Shown: positions 46,331-54,992 of the stretch, piece by piece
Numbering within the stretch: the first letter of the stretch is position 1
How the letters are laid out: each line of letters opens with the position of its first letter
Virus record (IMG/VR): IMGVR_UViG_3300036766_002289
Span: 62,001-126,000 of that record
DNA: 64,000 nucleotides
Strand: one strand, 5' to 3'
Made by a program: the position numbers and the translations under genes
The notes under the pieces: model-generated
The model's input: only the letters and a program-made list of their open reading frames with translations
Told to the model about the DNA's origin: nothing
The model's database searches: none

Positions 46331-47347
46331 ATGTTAAAGTTAACAATTGTTGTCGGGCATAGTACTACGCCATACATAAGCGTGTACCCCTGGAGTAATA
46401 ATTTTTGGACTAAGATTGCTGATCCATCGACTTTGCCTGGGGTTCAGTCTACAGTGACAGTATTGTCTCCAGATGGGAATTATGTTGCCGTAGGGTCTAA
46501 TGGTTCACCTTTTCTACAAGTCTATCCCTGGACAGGACAATTTGGTAATAAAGTTGCTAATCCTAGTATTGCGGCTACAGGTGGAGTTGGTGTTGCTTGG
46601 TCTCCAAATGGTGATTATATTGCAACGGCCTCCCTCTCTTCACCATATATTAACATATATCCTTGGAGCAATGGTGCTTTCGGAGCTAGGTTGCCCGACC
46701 CTTCACCATTACCTCCTTTAACTTCTAGGAATATATCATGGTCTTCAGATGGCAATTATATTGCACTTACCAGTGACACTTCGCCCAGAGTGGTTGTCTA
46801 TCCATTTAATAATGGTGTTTTAGGTAGTAAGTTTGCCGACGCATCTACAATTCCTCCAGGGGCAGGAGGGGGTGTGGCATTCTCCCCCAAAGGGGACTAT
46901 CTTGCGGTAGGTTTTGGAACTTCTTCCCCATTTATATATGTATACCCTTGGAGCAGTGCTGGATTTGGTACTAGAGTTGCTGATCCTAGTACGGTACCTA
47001 CGAATCAGATAAAGGGAATAGCTTGGTCCCTAGACGGAACGTATTTAGCATGTGCATCGGCGGCAACACCTTTTATATTAGTATATCCTTGGAGTGCTGG
47101 ATTTGGAGCAAAACTTGCTGATCCTAGTACTTTACCTACTGGAGCGGGACAAGCCGTAGCATTTAGTCCAGATGGAGCATATATTGCTGTAGCTCATACC
47201 ACTACGCCTTTTGTAAGCGTCTATCCTTGGAATGCGGGATTTGGTGCTAAACTTGCTGATCCTAGTACTTTACCTACTGGCAATGGTGATGGCGTGGCAT
47301 GGCTAAATCCACCAAACTTGAAGCATTTGGCTAGGTGTTTAACTTAA
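46331..47347 (+). CDS. beta-propeller paralog 6 (displaced from the array)
   Basis: MLKLTIVVGHSTTP; same repeat. Confidence 0.85.
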   Translation: MLKLTIVVGHSTTPYISVYPWSNNFWTKIADPSTLPGVQSTVTVLSPDGNYVAVGSNGSPFLQVYPWTGQFGNKVANPSIAATGGVGVAWSPNGDYIATASLSSPYINIYPWSNGAFGARLPDPSPLPPLTSRNISWSSDGNYIALTSDTSPRVVVYPFNNGVLGSKFADASTIPPGAGGGVAFSPKGDYLAVGFGTSSPFIYVYPWSSAGFGTRVADPSTVPTNQIKGIAWSLDGTYLACASAATPFILVYPWSAGFGAKLADPSTLPTGAGQAVAFSPDGAYIAVAHTTTPFVSVYPWNAGFGAKLADPSTLPTGNGDGVAWLNPPNLKHLARCLT

Positions 47348-47352
47348 ATTAA

Positions 47353-47428
47353 TGGGCCTGCTTGGATTTGAACCAAGGACCAAGGTTTTATGAGAACCCT
47401 GCTCTAGGCCAGACTGAGCTACAGGCCC
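47353..47428 (-). tRNA. tRNA with CAU anticodon, probably Ile2
   Basis: GGGCCTG/CAGGCCC-A acceptor; GGGTT-CTCATAA-AACCT; no initiator features. Confidence 0.9.
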
Positions 47429-47757
47429 TAATCTTTATTAAACCAGGCAATATCACCTATAGAGACTTTTTCAAACTCATTCCACTCACGGTTTATTTTT
47501 TCTAAAATCTGTTCATTAGTTAAATCAAATGGCTTGAAGCCGCCATCACCTAAGAGTGTTCCAGCTTGAACACCAGATTCTAACAAATCTTTAATTACAA
47601 CCATTAGTTCCCATCTTAGATCGGTTCCATTATAAGTATTCTTTGGGCAAGTAGCATCGAAAGCATCAAGAACTATTTCTATTTCTTTTATAATTTCCCA
47701 AAGTCCAACATAATCATCCTTAAGTTGGGCTAGTATTGTTTCTTTGATGTTCAACAT
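47428..47757 (-). CDS. hypothetical protein
   Basis: DDYVGLWEI..SIGDIAWF. Confidence 0.6.
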   Translation of the reverse strand: MLNIKETILAQLKDDYVGLWEIIKEIEIVLDAFDATCPKNTYNGTDLRWELMVVIKDLLESGVQAGTLLGDGGFKPFDLTNEQILEKINREWNEFEKVSIGDIAWFNKD

Positions 47758-47942
47758 ATGTATTTCGTAATGATATCTCTTATCCTAATAAACTCTAGGT
47801 TTGGAAGACTTTTGGCATCTTTTTTGTGAATGCGTCGGCAGAATGCATTAATAGATTCTTCAATCTCGGAAGTCATTTCCTGATAATCTTGAATTATGCT
47901 AATTAATTCTTTTTTTGTATACAGATGTAGTTCTTTGCCCAT
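47751..47942 (-). CDS. hypothetical protein
   Basis: Coupled ORF. Confidence 0.55.
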   Translation of the reverse strand: MGKELHLYTKKELISIIQDYQEMTSEIEESINAFCRRIHKKDAKSLPNLEFIRIRDIITKYIC

Positions 47943-48724
47943 TATGCGGCTTTCTTATATTCCTTGAAGATTTCCAATAAACTTCTATTATCTTGTGCTA
48001 TTTCAATCTCGGCTGGGTGATACCCAACACCATGTTTAACAGCAAAAGACTTGAACTGTTGTTCGTTATTAAGTACCATCAAATAACGCATGATTAGGCT
48101 ATCGGTGGGAGGGAAGTTGCCTTGTAAGACAACACAGTATCGGTCTATCATAACGCCACGGTCATAAACCTTTGTAAAATCATAGCCAGGGAAAATCTGA
48201 TAGACTAAGCCACTCTTTGCCATAACCGAGATGAACCCTTTACGTAAAAAGGCTTTATATTTTTCTTCACCCAATACGCGATGTAGTGTCTCTCTTGCTC
48301 TAATTTCGCGTAGGTCTTTGGTGAAGCCCAATGGCTTGGCATGAGTGTAGATTCTTGGAGCGACCCGCATACGTAGAGTTTCTTTGAGACGTTCGGCGGG
48401 TGTGGCGAGTTTGATAAAACTGCCAGCGGTATCATACCACAAATGATAAGTTGGATTTGTGGTGTTACTGTATTGTGGATACAGTCTAAGTGCGGTAGAT
48501 GTGCCAGCATATGCAGCATATCCTGCTGTGGTGTAAGAAGTGCCGTCTTGATAGCGGATATTTACATTGATAAGTCCACCAATAGGTAATGCAGTGGTAT
48601 CGCACGTAATTTCTGTGTAATGCGTGCTTGGAATTACGGTGCAATTTCCTGTCAAATCATAGGTTTGAGTATAGTTATAATTTGTCCAGGAACTATAAAC
48701 TGATGCTGTCGTATTTGTATACAT
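47942..48724 (-). CDS. hypothetical protein with Thr/Tyr-rich N-terminus and conserved-looking C-terminal domain
   Basis: RARETL..GFISV..SGLVYQI..YCVV..PPTDSLI. Confidence 0.7.
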   Translation of the reverse strand: MYTNTTASVYSSWTNYNYTQTYDLTGNCTVIPSTHYTEITCDTTALPIGGLINVNIRYQDGTSYTTAGYAAYAGTSTALRLYPQYSNTTNPTYHLWYDTAGSFIKLATPAERLKETLRMRVAPRIYTHAKPLGFTKDLREIRARETLHRVLGEEKYKAFLRKGFISVMAKSGLVYQIFPGYDFTKVYDRGVMIDRYCVVLQGNFPPTDSLIMRYLMVLNNEQQFKSFAVKHGVGYHPAEIEIAQDNRSLLEIFKEYKKAA

Positions 48725-48725
48725 T

Positions 48726-49811
48726 TCAACTGGCGTCCTTTAATTTTTCTTTTGATTGCCTTACCATGACGGCTTCTTCTTTTGTTTTGTAATAGCCAAG
48801 ATGCTTTTTGCCCATATGTGCTGACCATTTTTTCTTGTCTTTGTTCCAAGAAACGCCTACCACCCCAGACCTATTGCGAAAGTTTTTGATTTTCCATCTT
48901 TTTCTTAAAACGTTGTAAATGTAAAGTTTAGGATAATTTATTTCTTTGGCTATTTCATCTAAATTTAATCCATTATCAAAAAGGGCCATTATGAGTTGCT
49001 TAGTTTCTTCTGAAGAGACATTGAATTTATATTCTGGGTATTTTTCTAAACTAATCTTATATTCCATGCATGGATGCGGGATATAGGGTTTTATCAAGTC
49101 GATAAAACCTAAATATGAACTAGTGCCTATGTATATTTTTGGAAAGTTCGCATGGCAATTTGTTATGCCAAGCGTTTTAATTTTTGAAATTAGGAATTCT
49201 ATTTCTTTAGCAGTAAAGCAGTTAACACATAATTCTGCGCTTCTTTTTGCTGACATATTGCACCCGTCATCCATGAACCATATCGCTAAAGAAAATGGTG
49301 TTAATAATAAATCTTGTGGCACTATCTTAATTTTTTTATTATCTTTTAAGACGTAATTATTATTTTGATCTCGCTTATACCATTTATATTCCAACTCCGT
49401 GAACGTCGGATGACAAATTGTTCGTAATGTAAAATTATCTGTGCCATTAATTATTAACTCACAAGGCGTTTTTTTGGTTTGAAAGAACTTCTTACTAAAT
49501 GGCAGCAATTCTTGAAACTTCCAATAACAATATTCTTTCTGGGGTGTGCCGTGCCCTTCTTGGAATTGTGAATTATAGGTTTTTCTTCTGGGAGTGGTAA
49601 GACACCCATCCCCTAAAAGGGAGCCTACAATAATTTCTTGTTGTCTTTCTGTAAGTTGAATCGCAAATTTGATATCGGTTTTTGTGGGAAGCCCATATCT
49701 TAATACTAAGTTATAAACTGAGCTATGAGAAATTTTGAAAAATTCAATGATTTCAGATACTGAATGATATTCATAGTAGTTTACAAAATCTTCTTTATTG
49801 ATATTTAACAT
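48726..49811 (-). CDS. LAGLIDADG homing endonuclease with C-terminal AP2 domain
   Basis: IIVGSLLGDG; LAIWFMDDG; SGVVGVSWNKDKKKWSA..HLGYY. Confidence 0.9.
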   Translation of the reverse strand: MLNINKEDFVNYYEYHSVSEIIEFFKISHSSVYNLVLRYGLPTKTDIKFAIQLTERQQEIIVGSLLGDGCLTTPRRKTYNSQFQEGHGTPQKEYCYWKFQELLPFSKKFFQTKKTPCELIINGTDNFTLRTICHPTFTELEYKWYKRDQNNNYVLKDNKKIKIVPQDLLLTPFSLAIWFMDDGCNMSAKRSAELCVNCFTAKEIEFLISKIKTLGITNCHANFPKIYIGTSSYLGFIDLIKPYIPHPCMEYKISLEKYPEYKFNVSSEETKQLIMALFDNGLNLDEIAKEINYPKLYIYNVLRKRWKIKNFRNRSGVVGVSWNKDKKKWSAHMGKKHLGYYKTKEEAVMVRQSKEKLKDAS

Positions 49812-49820
49812 TTCTTGATA

Positions 49821-50177
49821 TCATCCGCCTGCGACCTGTGAAATGGGCAAAAAAATAATTTCACCACATTCACTATCAAACTCATCCATGACTTCAGAAG
49901 TAGCTCGGCCATTAGTGCCAACCCAATAAGGCACTAGACCTTTGGCAACGCATTCATCAAACATTGCCTTTGCGTCTTCAATCTGGTTTATGTCCCGACT
50001 ATCCCAGACAACACGCTTATCCCCATCCTTGGCAGTAAGAATCCGAAAGATATGTTGGCCTTTCTTAGGGGTCTCGCCATCTTTCAATATTCTTAGAGTA
50101 TCGGGGATTCCAATTTTTTCAATAACATTGGAATTTTTGACAACAGGGGCGTCAACATATTCTTGAAAAGTGTTCAT
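49821..50177 (-). CDS. hypothetical protein ending in di-glycine (VAGG)
   Basis: GDKRVVWD..AKAMF..G..FDSECGEIIFLP..AGG. Confidence 0.7.
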   Translation of the reverse strand: MNTFQEYVDAPVVKNSNVIEKIGIPDTLRILKDGETPKKGQHIFRILTAKDGDKRVVWDSRDINQIEDAKAMFDECVAKGLVPYWVGTNGRATSEVMDEFDSECGEIIFLPISQVAGG

Positions 50178-50701
50178 TATTTCACCTTTAAGACTTCACT
50201 ACATCCGACACAATTATCGTCTAATTCATTAACTAGAGCATTTACTTTTTCCACTAAGTCGTTTGCTTTCTTACTGAGGTCTTTATCGTAGTCAATAGCG
50301 TCTATGCACGCATCACAAAGAACATCATCCAAGGCGCTTTGTAAGTCTTGTTGACCACCTAATTGCTTAGCGTTGACAATCTTACCTTTGTAGGTTGCGG
50401 CGAACAAATCTTCAAGATAAACGCTACCACTACTGAGTAGGTCGTCCACTTTGTATTGTGGTTTTAAGGTTATATGAAGTTCCACTTCAAACTTGACTGT
50501 GGTGGATTTGGGAAGGGATTTATATTCTTCTTGGACCTGTTTGATTCTCTCTTTGAGTTTCAAAGCAGTAGCTGATTTAAGAAATTTCTTTCTAGCCTCA
50601 GTGTCTTCAGCTTCGTTTTTGGCAGTTATAGCTCCAAAAACTTCTTCACTGAGAGCAAGTAAATCTTCTTTGCTTAGTTCTTTAACATTTAAATCGTACA
50701 T
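50177..50701 (-). CDS. hypothetical protein
   Basis: Coupled ORF with AGGTG SD. Confidence 0.65.
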   Translation of the reverse strand: MYDLNVKELSKEDLLALSEEVFGAITAKNEAEDTEARKKFLKSATALKLKERIKQVQEEYKSLPKSTTVKFEVELHITLKPQYKVDDLLSSGSVYLEDLFAATYKGKIVNAKQLGGQQDLQSALDDVLCDACIDAIDYDKDLSKKANDLVEKVNALVNELDDNCVGCSEVLKVK

Positions 50702-50709
50702 AATTCACC

Positions 50710-51066
50710 TTATTCTCTTCCTGCAATTTCAATCCAACGTTCACGGAAGTAGTTATCTCTGATTAAATCCTCCGAGGATTTAATGACTACTCCATCTCTT
50801 GTGCCATATTTGGCGATTCCGAGTTTCTTAGTAATTGGTTCTTTACTACAAGCTGACTTAGGTGGGCAAATTTCTTCAACTGGAGTTCCATTGGCGTAAC
50901 GTCCATCGTCTTGAATCACACCGTCTTTGATAAATCGTTGGTGTTGATGTTTGCACATTGGACACTCAACGAATACAGTGCGGTTCCAGTCCATGCTTAG
51001 TCGAAATCTGATATAGGTGGAGCAATTACCACACCACCATTCCTGAAATACTTTATCGTCGTACAT
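50710..51066 (-). CDS. Zn-ribbon hypothetical protein
   Basis: CGNC..CPMCKHQH. Confidence 0.65.
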   Translation of the reverse strand: MYDDKVFQEWWCGNCSTYIRFRLSMDWNRTVFVECPMCKHQHQRFIKDGVIQDDGRYANGTPVEEICPPKSACSKEPITKKLGIAKYGTRDGVVIKSSEDLIRDNYFRERWIEIAGRE

Positions 51067-51458
51067 TATTTTCTCTTGGAGAATGTGTTTAATTTAGAAT
51101 AATCATCACTTACAGTAATTTTATCTATAGAGATAACCACATCTAATCGTCCGTTGATGGGGAATGGTTGTTCAGGGGGTCTAAATGAAACCGCCGTGGG
51201 GAGTGGTTCTTCATCAACCAGGGTTTCAACTGTAATTGCGGTATTATTGGATGTATCTACATAATTCCAGAATCCAGGCTCAGCCCTGATCCTGTCCCAA
51301 GCTTTCCACCAAGCTCCCATTGGGACAGCACATTTTAGGTTATTTACATCGTCATGGAAATGAACTTCACCGTTATTTTCGTGAATACGAAAACTACTTA
51401 ATTTAGCTTCGCCACTTTTACCTTTTTGCTCCACAATCGTTTCTTTTTCTCCACCCAT
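51066..51458 (-). CDS. hypothetical protein
   Basis: ORF with AGGAG SD. Confidence 0.65.
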   Translation of the reverse strand: MGGEKETIVEQKGKSGEAKLSSFRIHENNGEVHFHDDVNNLKCAVPMGAWWKAWDRIRAEPGFWNYVDTSNNTAITVETLVDEEPLPTAVSFRPPEQPFPINGRLDVVISIDKITVSDDYSKLNTFSKRK

Positions 51459-51482
51459 GACAGTCTCCTAAATTACGGTATT

Positions 51483-51510
51483 ATTGTATCAGCAATTCAT
51501 GCTTTGTCAA
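51483..51510 (-). promoter_or_regulatory. sigma70-like promoter for the leftward operon
   Basis: TTGACA-16 nt-TACAAT on the minus strand. Confidence 0.6.
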
Positions 51511-52183
51511 GAGTATTTTGTTTGTGGGGGCAGATACCATTTACTCTTTTTCCCCAATTGCAATTCATACATAATACCTGCACTACGTTAGGATAACCAT
51601 TTCTTTTAAGCCATAAATACAAAGATTTACCATGCCCGCCACTAGTATGATATTTACCATATCTACTAGTGCTTATTTCTCTTCTATGTTTGGCACCATC
51701 ATTATGAATATGGTCTAAAGTTAAAAAGTCTTTTATTGTTTCTTTGCAACAATTACATTCATAGCCGCCATATTGCAAATAAGCTTCATCTTTCAGTTTG
51801 ATATGATATTGAAAAGATTGTTTGATACAATCATCACATCTTTTTTTATCATCTGCTTTTGGATTACCACATCTATAACATAATCCCAACGCAATAAATT
51901 GCTCTGCTCTGATTTTATGCGAAAGCCTGTCATTTTCTTTACGATTTTCGTACTCTAATTTTTGTCGATCCCTTCTAGATTGACGACAAGTTTCACATTC
52001 TCTGGCATTTACTAGTGGTTGTTCACCGCAAAGAGAACACAATCCATTTTTTATTCGTTCTCTTTCTCTTTTGTTATTTTTATATGTTTTGTTTTGTCGA
52101 TCTTTCCTTTTTTGCCTACAGCTTTCACATTCACTAGAATTTACCAATGGTAGTTTATGACATTTTTTACATAATCTTTCCAA
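51497..52183 (-). CDS. HNH-type homing endonuclease with repeated Zn fingers
   Basis: CxxC repeats; LTLDHIHNDG..QVLCMNCNWGK. Confidence 0.8.
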   Translation of the reverse strand: MERLCKKCHKLPLVNSSECESCRQKRKDRQNKTYKNNKRERERIKNGLCSLCGEQPLVNARECETCRQSRRDRQKLEYENRKENDRLSHKIRAEQFIALGLCYRCGNPKADDKKRCDDCIKQSFQYHIKLKDEAYLQYGGYECNCCKETIKDFLTLDHIHNDGAKHRREISTSRYGKYHTSGGHGKSLYLWLKRNGYPNVVQVLCMNCNWGKRVNGICPHKQNTLDKA

Positions 52184-52200
52184 ATTTCCTCCAAAACATA

Positions 52201-52451
52201 TATAACTTAGTTCACGTAGCCACCCTTTTGTGTTAGGTCTACATTTATCTCGTCTTTATGACGGGCAGTCTATTACGACACGCCTGCACCAACCCGACCA
52301 TCATAGCGTTGTTCATCCACATAGGTCTGTTTGGCTTGCACGTATTTTGGTATAACGATACTTGCAATTTCTTGCGTTCTCTTCCAAAATAAAACAAATG
52401 TGGGGTGAGCTTCCTCTGGTTTTAGCAGCGTAGACCCAGAACCAAATTATA
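52201..52451 (-). ncRNA. rnpB: RNase P RNA, compact and phage-encoded
   Basis: P1 TATAATTTGGTTC/GAACTAAGTTATA; P2 GGTCTAC/GTAGACC; CR-I GAGGA; P4 AGC(U)CACCC/GGGTGGCT; GTGCAAG; P15/16 with GGGT; CR-IV AGATAAATG; CR-V ACAAAA. Confidence 0.82.
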
Positions 52452-52493
52452 TATGCTTAGAGAAAACAAAATTTCAAAATTTTCTCTAATAAA

Positions 52494-52841
52494 CTACGAC
52501 TCTTTTATAACATCCATGTCCGATTTGTCAAGAAGAATCAGTTGAAATCTCAAATTTCCTTCTACGATATGGGGGTCGAGAATTAAACGAAAATCAAGCC
52601 TTGTTCTGGCTTCCATTAAACACTCAAAGAGTTTTTTATAATCTGTGATTGTCATACACTCAGCACCTTGGAAACCCCATTCATCGTATTTTTCTTTTGT
52701 AGAAAAGAGTGGGATTAAAAGCCCATCTGCACATTCGATGACGATCATTTTCTTCGTATCGGGATGTACGGGATACACAGCCCCGTTCAATTCCGATTTT
52801 TCAAATTTGTCTTCTAGTCTTTTCATGATGGTTGGTGCCAT
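52494..52841 (-). CDS. hypothetical protein (SseB-like IPLFST motif)
   Basis: ORF. Confidence 0.55.
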   Translation of the reverse strand: MAPTIMKRLEDKFEKSELNGAVYPVHPDTKKMIVIECADGLLIPLFSTKEKYDEWGFQGAECMTITDYKKLFECLMEARTRLDFRLILDPHIVEGNLRFQLILLDKSDMDVIKES

Positions 52842-53143
52842 ACCTCTGGATTAACCCTTCGGGCTACCCTAAGTGCTATTATTTGTTGTGCCCTATGAAT
52901 TGCGTCCATATATTCATTTTTGTCTGCGTCCGAAGTTTTGTCTAAAGACATAAAAATACTCCAGGCTTCAGCAAGTTTTTTAAGAATATCTTCTTCAGAT
53001 GGTGTTAATCTTACCCCTAATAAGAAATCAATCTTAATTGTATGATCTGGGAGCGTAAAATTTACCATTGGCGGGGGTGGCGGTAAATAACCAGGCCATC
53101 CTGGATTTATACAACAACCTAAACATATTCCCATCTCTGTCAT
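52823..53143 (-). CDS. hypothetical protein
   Basis: LTPSEE..LAEAW..F..AIHRAQ.IIALRVARR. Confidence 0.6.
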   Translation of the reverse strand: MTEMGICLGCCINPGWPGYLPPPPPMVNFTLPDHTIKIDFLLGVRLTPSEEDILKKLAEAWSIFMSLDKTSDADKNEYMDAIHRAQQIIALRVARRVNPEVWHQPS

Positions 53144-53150
53144 AAAACTC

Positions 53151-53402
53151 CTAACCTCTTGGTACTGATACTGTTACGACGTTTTCTACACCACACCACG
53201 AGCATTCAATCGTGAATTTTCGTTCTCTGGTAAATTTCTTGCAAGCAAATTTATTTTTACCTAAGCATAGCCAGCAATTAAAGTATAATGGTCTATAGCC
53301 TGGCGGTGCGTCGTTTTTAACATCTTTTTTCGCTTCTAAAACTTGTTTCCTATTGAATATACTTGCTAGAAAGTCGGAAACAGCTTTATAAATTGATTGC
53401 AT
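53151..53402 (-). CDS. Zn-ribbon hypothetical protein
   Basis: CWLC..CSWCG. Confidence 0.6.
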   Translation of the reverse strand: MQSIYKAVSDFLASIFNRKQVLEAKKDVKNDAPPGYRPLYFNCWLCLGKNKFACKKFTRERKFTIECSWCGVENVVTVSVPRG

Positions 53403-53406
53403 CCAC

Positions 53407-53649
53407 TTATTTATTAGTTCTCCTGGTAAACTTTTTGTGTTTTATAGGAACTTTGTGTTTTAAATGTTGATATTTTTCACCGCAAAGGTCGCATGAAAAC
53501 GCCAATATGGTTTGATTTTGCCAGTTTTCTTTAACAAACTGAGCATGGATTAAACCGCCGCAATTACATTTCATTGGGTAGTTTCTGTAGCATTCGGAGC
53601 ATCTTTGATCCCCGCTTGTGTGTTGTGCATTATTAACTAAAAAGGCCAT
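53407..53649 (-). CDS. Zn-binding hypothetical protein
   Basis: CSEC..CNCGG..CDLCG. Confidence 0.6.
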   Translation of the reverse strand: MAFLVNNAQHTSGDQRCSECYRNYPMKCNCGGLIHAQFVKENWQNQTILAFSCDLCGEKYQHLKHKVPIKHKKFTRRTNK

Positions 53650-53726
53650 GTTTTGACTCCACTAGATTTTACTGCTGGAAAGAACTACCTATGGATAAAT
53701 AATATACTAATTAATCAGGAAAAGCA

Positions 53727-54347
53727 ATGGGAAGTTTCAGAGAATTTTTGCAGAATAACATAGATGAATCACAAATAGACTCCGTTTACAACAAAGCCCA
53801 TATTGCCGTTGAACTTGCAAGAGCGTATGACAGAATGGCAGATAAAAGAGACCTGTTGAACAACATATCTGTTATCGCCAATTTAGCTTCAGGCGCTTAC
53901 GGAGTCTATAATTCAGGGGAGAACCGTAAGGTTATACCACCCCAATTACAACAATCTCTGATTTATTATGGAAAAGTAACACCCCAAAACCTTCATAATA
54001 TACCAAGAGCAACAATTAAACAATATTATCCACAAATTAAAGATGACCAAATTAAAAACACAGACACCATACATGTTAATATAAGAAGAATATTAAATGA
54101 ATTACCTAAAGACGAAGATAGGATTATGGAAATAGCCTCGACCATACTCCACGAATCTTGCCACGAATGGGAGCGGGAAAATTACGGGACCACTTCGGAA
54201 GCTGGTCCGTTAAAGACTGAAGCGGCATTCAAGGGCTGGATGCAGGGTGCAGGCAAACAGGTTTTGCAGGGATTGATGGCCCAAAACAAGAATTTATTCC
54301 CAGCATCGTCGAACACACCTTTGAACACCATTCAACAAAATCTTTAA
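53727..54347 (+). CDS. zincin-like (HExxH) metalloprotease with capsid-targeting-like N-terminus
   Basis: MGSFREFLQ..; TILHESCHEWE..E. Confidence 0.7.
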   Translation: MGSFREFLQNNIDESQIDSVYNKAHIAVELARAYDRMADKRDLLNNISVIANLASGAYGVYNSGENRKVIPPQLQQSLIYYGKVTPQNLHNIPRATIKQYYPQIKDDQIKNTDTIHVNIRRILNELPKDEDRIMEIASTILHESCHEWERENYGTTSEAGPLKTEAAFKGWMQGAGKQVLQGLMAQNKNLFPASSNTPLNTIQQNL

Positions 54348-54903
54348 CACTACGGTTCATTTTCATCTCATTTATTATACAGCAACAAAAAACTACATTA
54401 TTGACAGTATAGCCTTTTGCATTATCAATTCTATCTAAAGAAATTGTATTGATTTTATTTTTTTCTAAAGTTAGTATCTCTCCAGTATAATGGCATACCA
54501 TCGGTATAGTTTGCAAATCCTCTATAGTTAAATCCCAATCTATATTTCTTTTTTTAGCGTTATATTTCCACGCAACAAATCTTCCTTTAAATGTAGCCTG
54601 GCGTATTTTATTCTGAGCATTACGACGATCCTTATTTTCGATATAATAATTTCTCCTACGCTCTTTAACCTTATCTTTGTTGTTTTTCATATAAGTTTTA
54701 TTAAGCAGTAATAATCTCTTTTTATTTTTTTGATAGTAATTACTACGTTCGGACTTTAGCTTGTCGTTGCGATTCAATTTATATTTTTTGTTTCTTAATT
54801 TTTTACATATTTTGCATAAAGCTCCTTTTTTGCTGGACACTCTATTGTCGGTTGCGAATTCATCTAGTAATTTAGGCAAACCACAAATTTTACATTTTTT
54901 CAT
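54229..54903 (-). CDS. HNH-like homing endonuclease
   Basis: CKIC..; CHYTG..SLDRIDNAKGYTVNNVVFCC..NEMK. Confidence 0.82.
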   Translation of the reverse strand: MKKCKICGLPKLLDEFATDNRVSSKKGALCKICKKLRNKKYKLNRNDKLKSERSNYYQKNKKRLLLLNKTYMKNNKDKVKERRRNYYIENKDRRNAQNKIRQATFKGRFVAWKYNAKKRNIDWDLTIEDLQTIPMVCHYTGEILTLEKNKINTISLDRIDNAKGYTVNNVVFCCCIINEMKMNRSVKDFVEWCSKVCSTMLGINSCFGPSIPAKPVCLHPASSP

Positions 54904-54992
54904 GTAATTATATTAGTAAAGTTTCTGTTAAAATTCATCATGGGGCTAACAAATTGTTAGTAAAAATTCCCAAAGTTATACTATATCATAGT

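Noticed and set aside
21585-47347. CRISPR array or diversity-generating retroelement behind the repeats
   Set aside because: The repeats are in-frame coding units with synonymous variation. There are no constant repeat/unique spacer units, no reverse transcriptase and no adenine-specific TR/VR pair.
47353-47428. tRNA as a prophage attachment site
   Set aside because: No integrase or duplicated tRNA 3' end; both sides are phage-like.
48726-54903. Introns or inteins housing the homing endonucleases
   Set aside because: Flanking genes look complete and no splicing motifs were recognised. The structured RNA beside 51497..52183 matches RNase P, not a group I intron.
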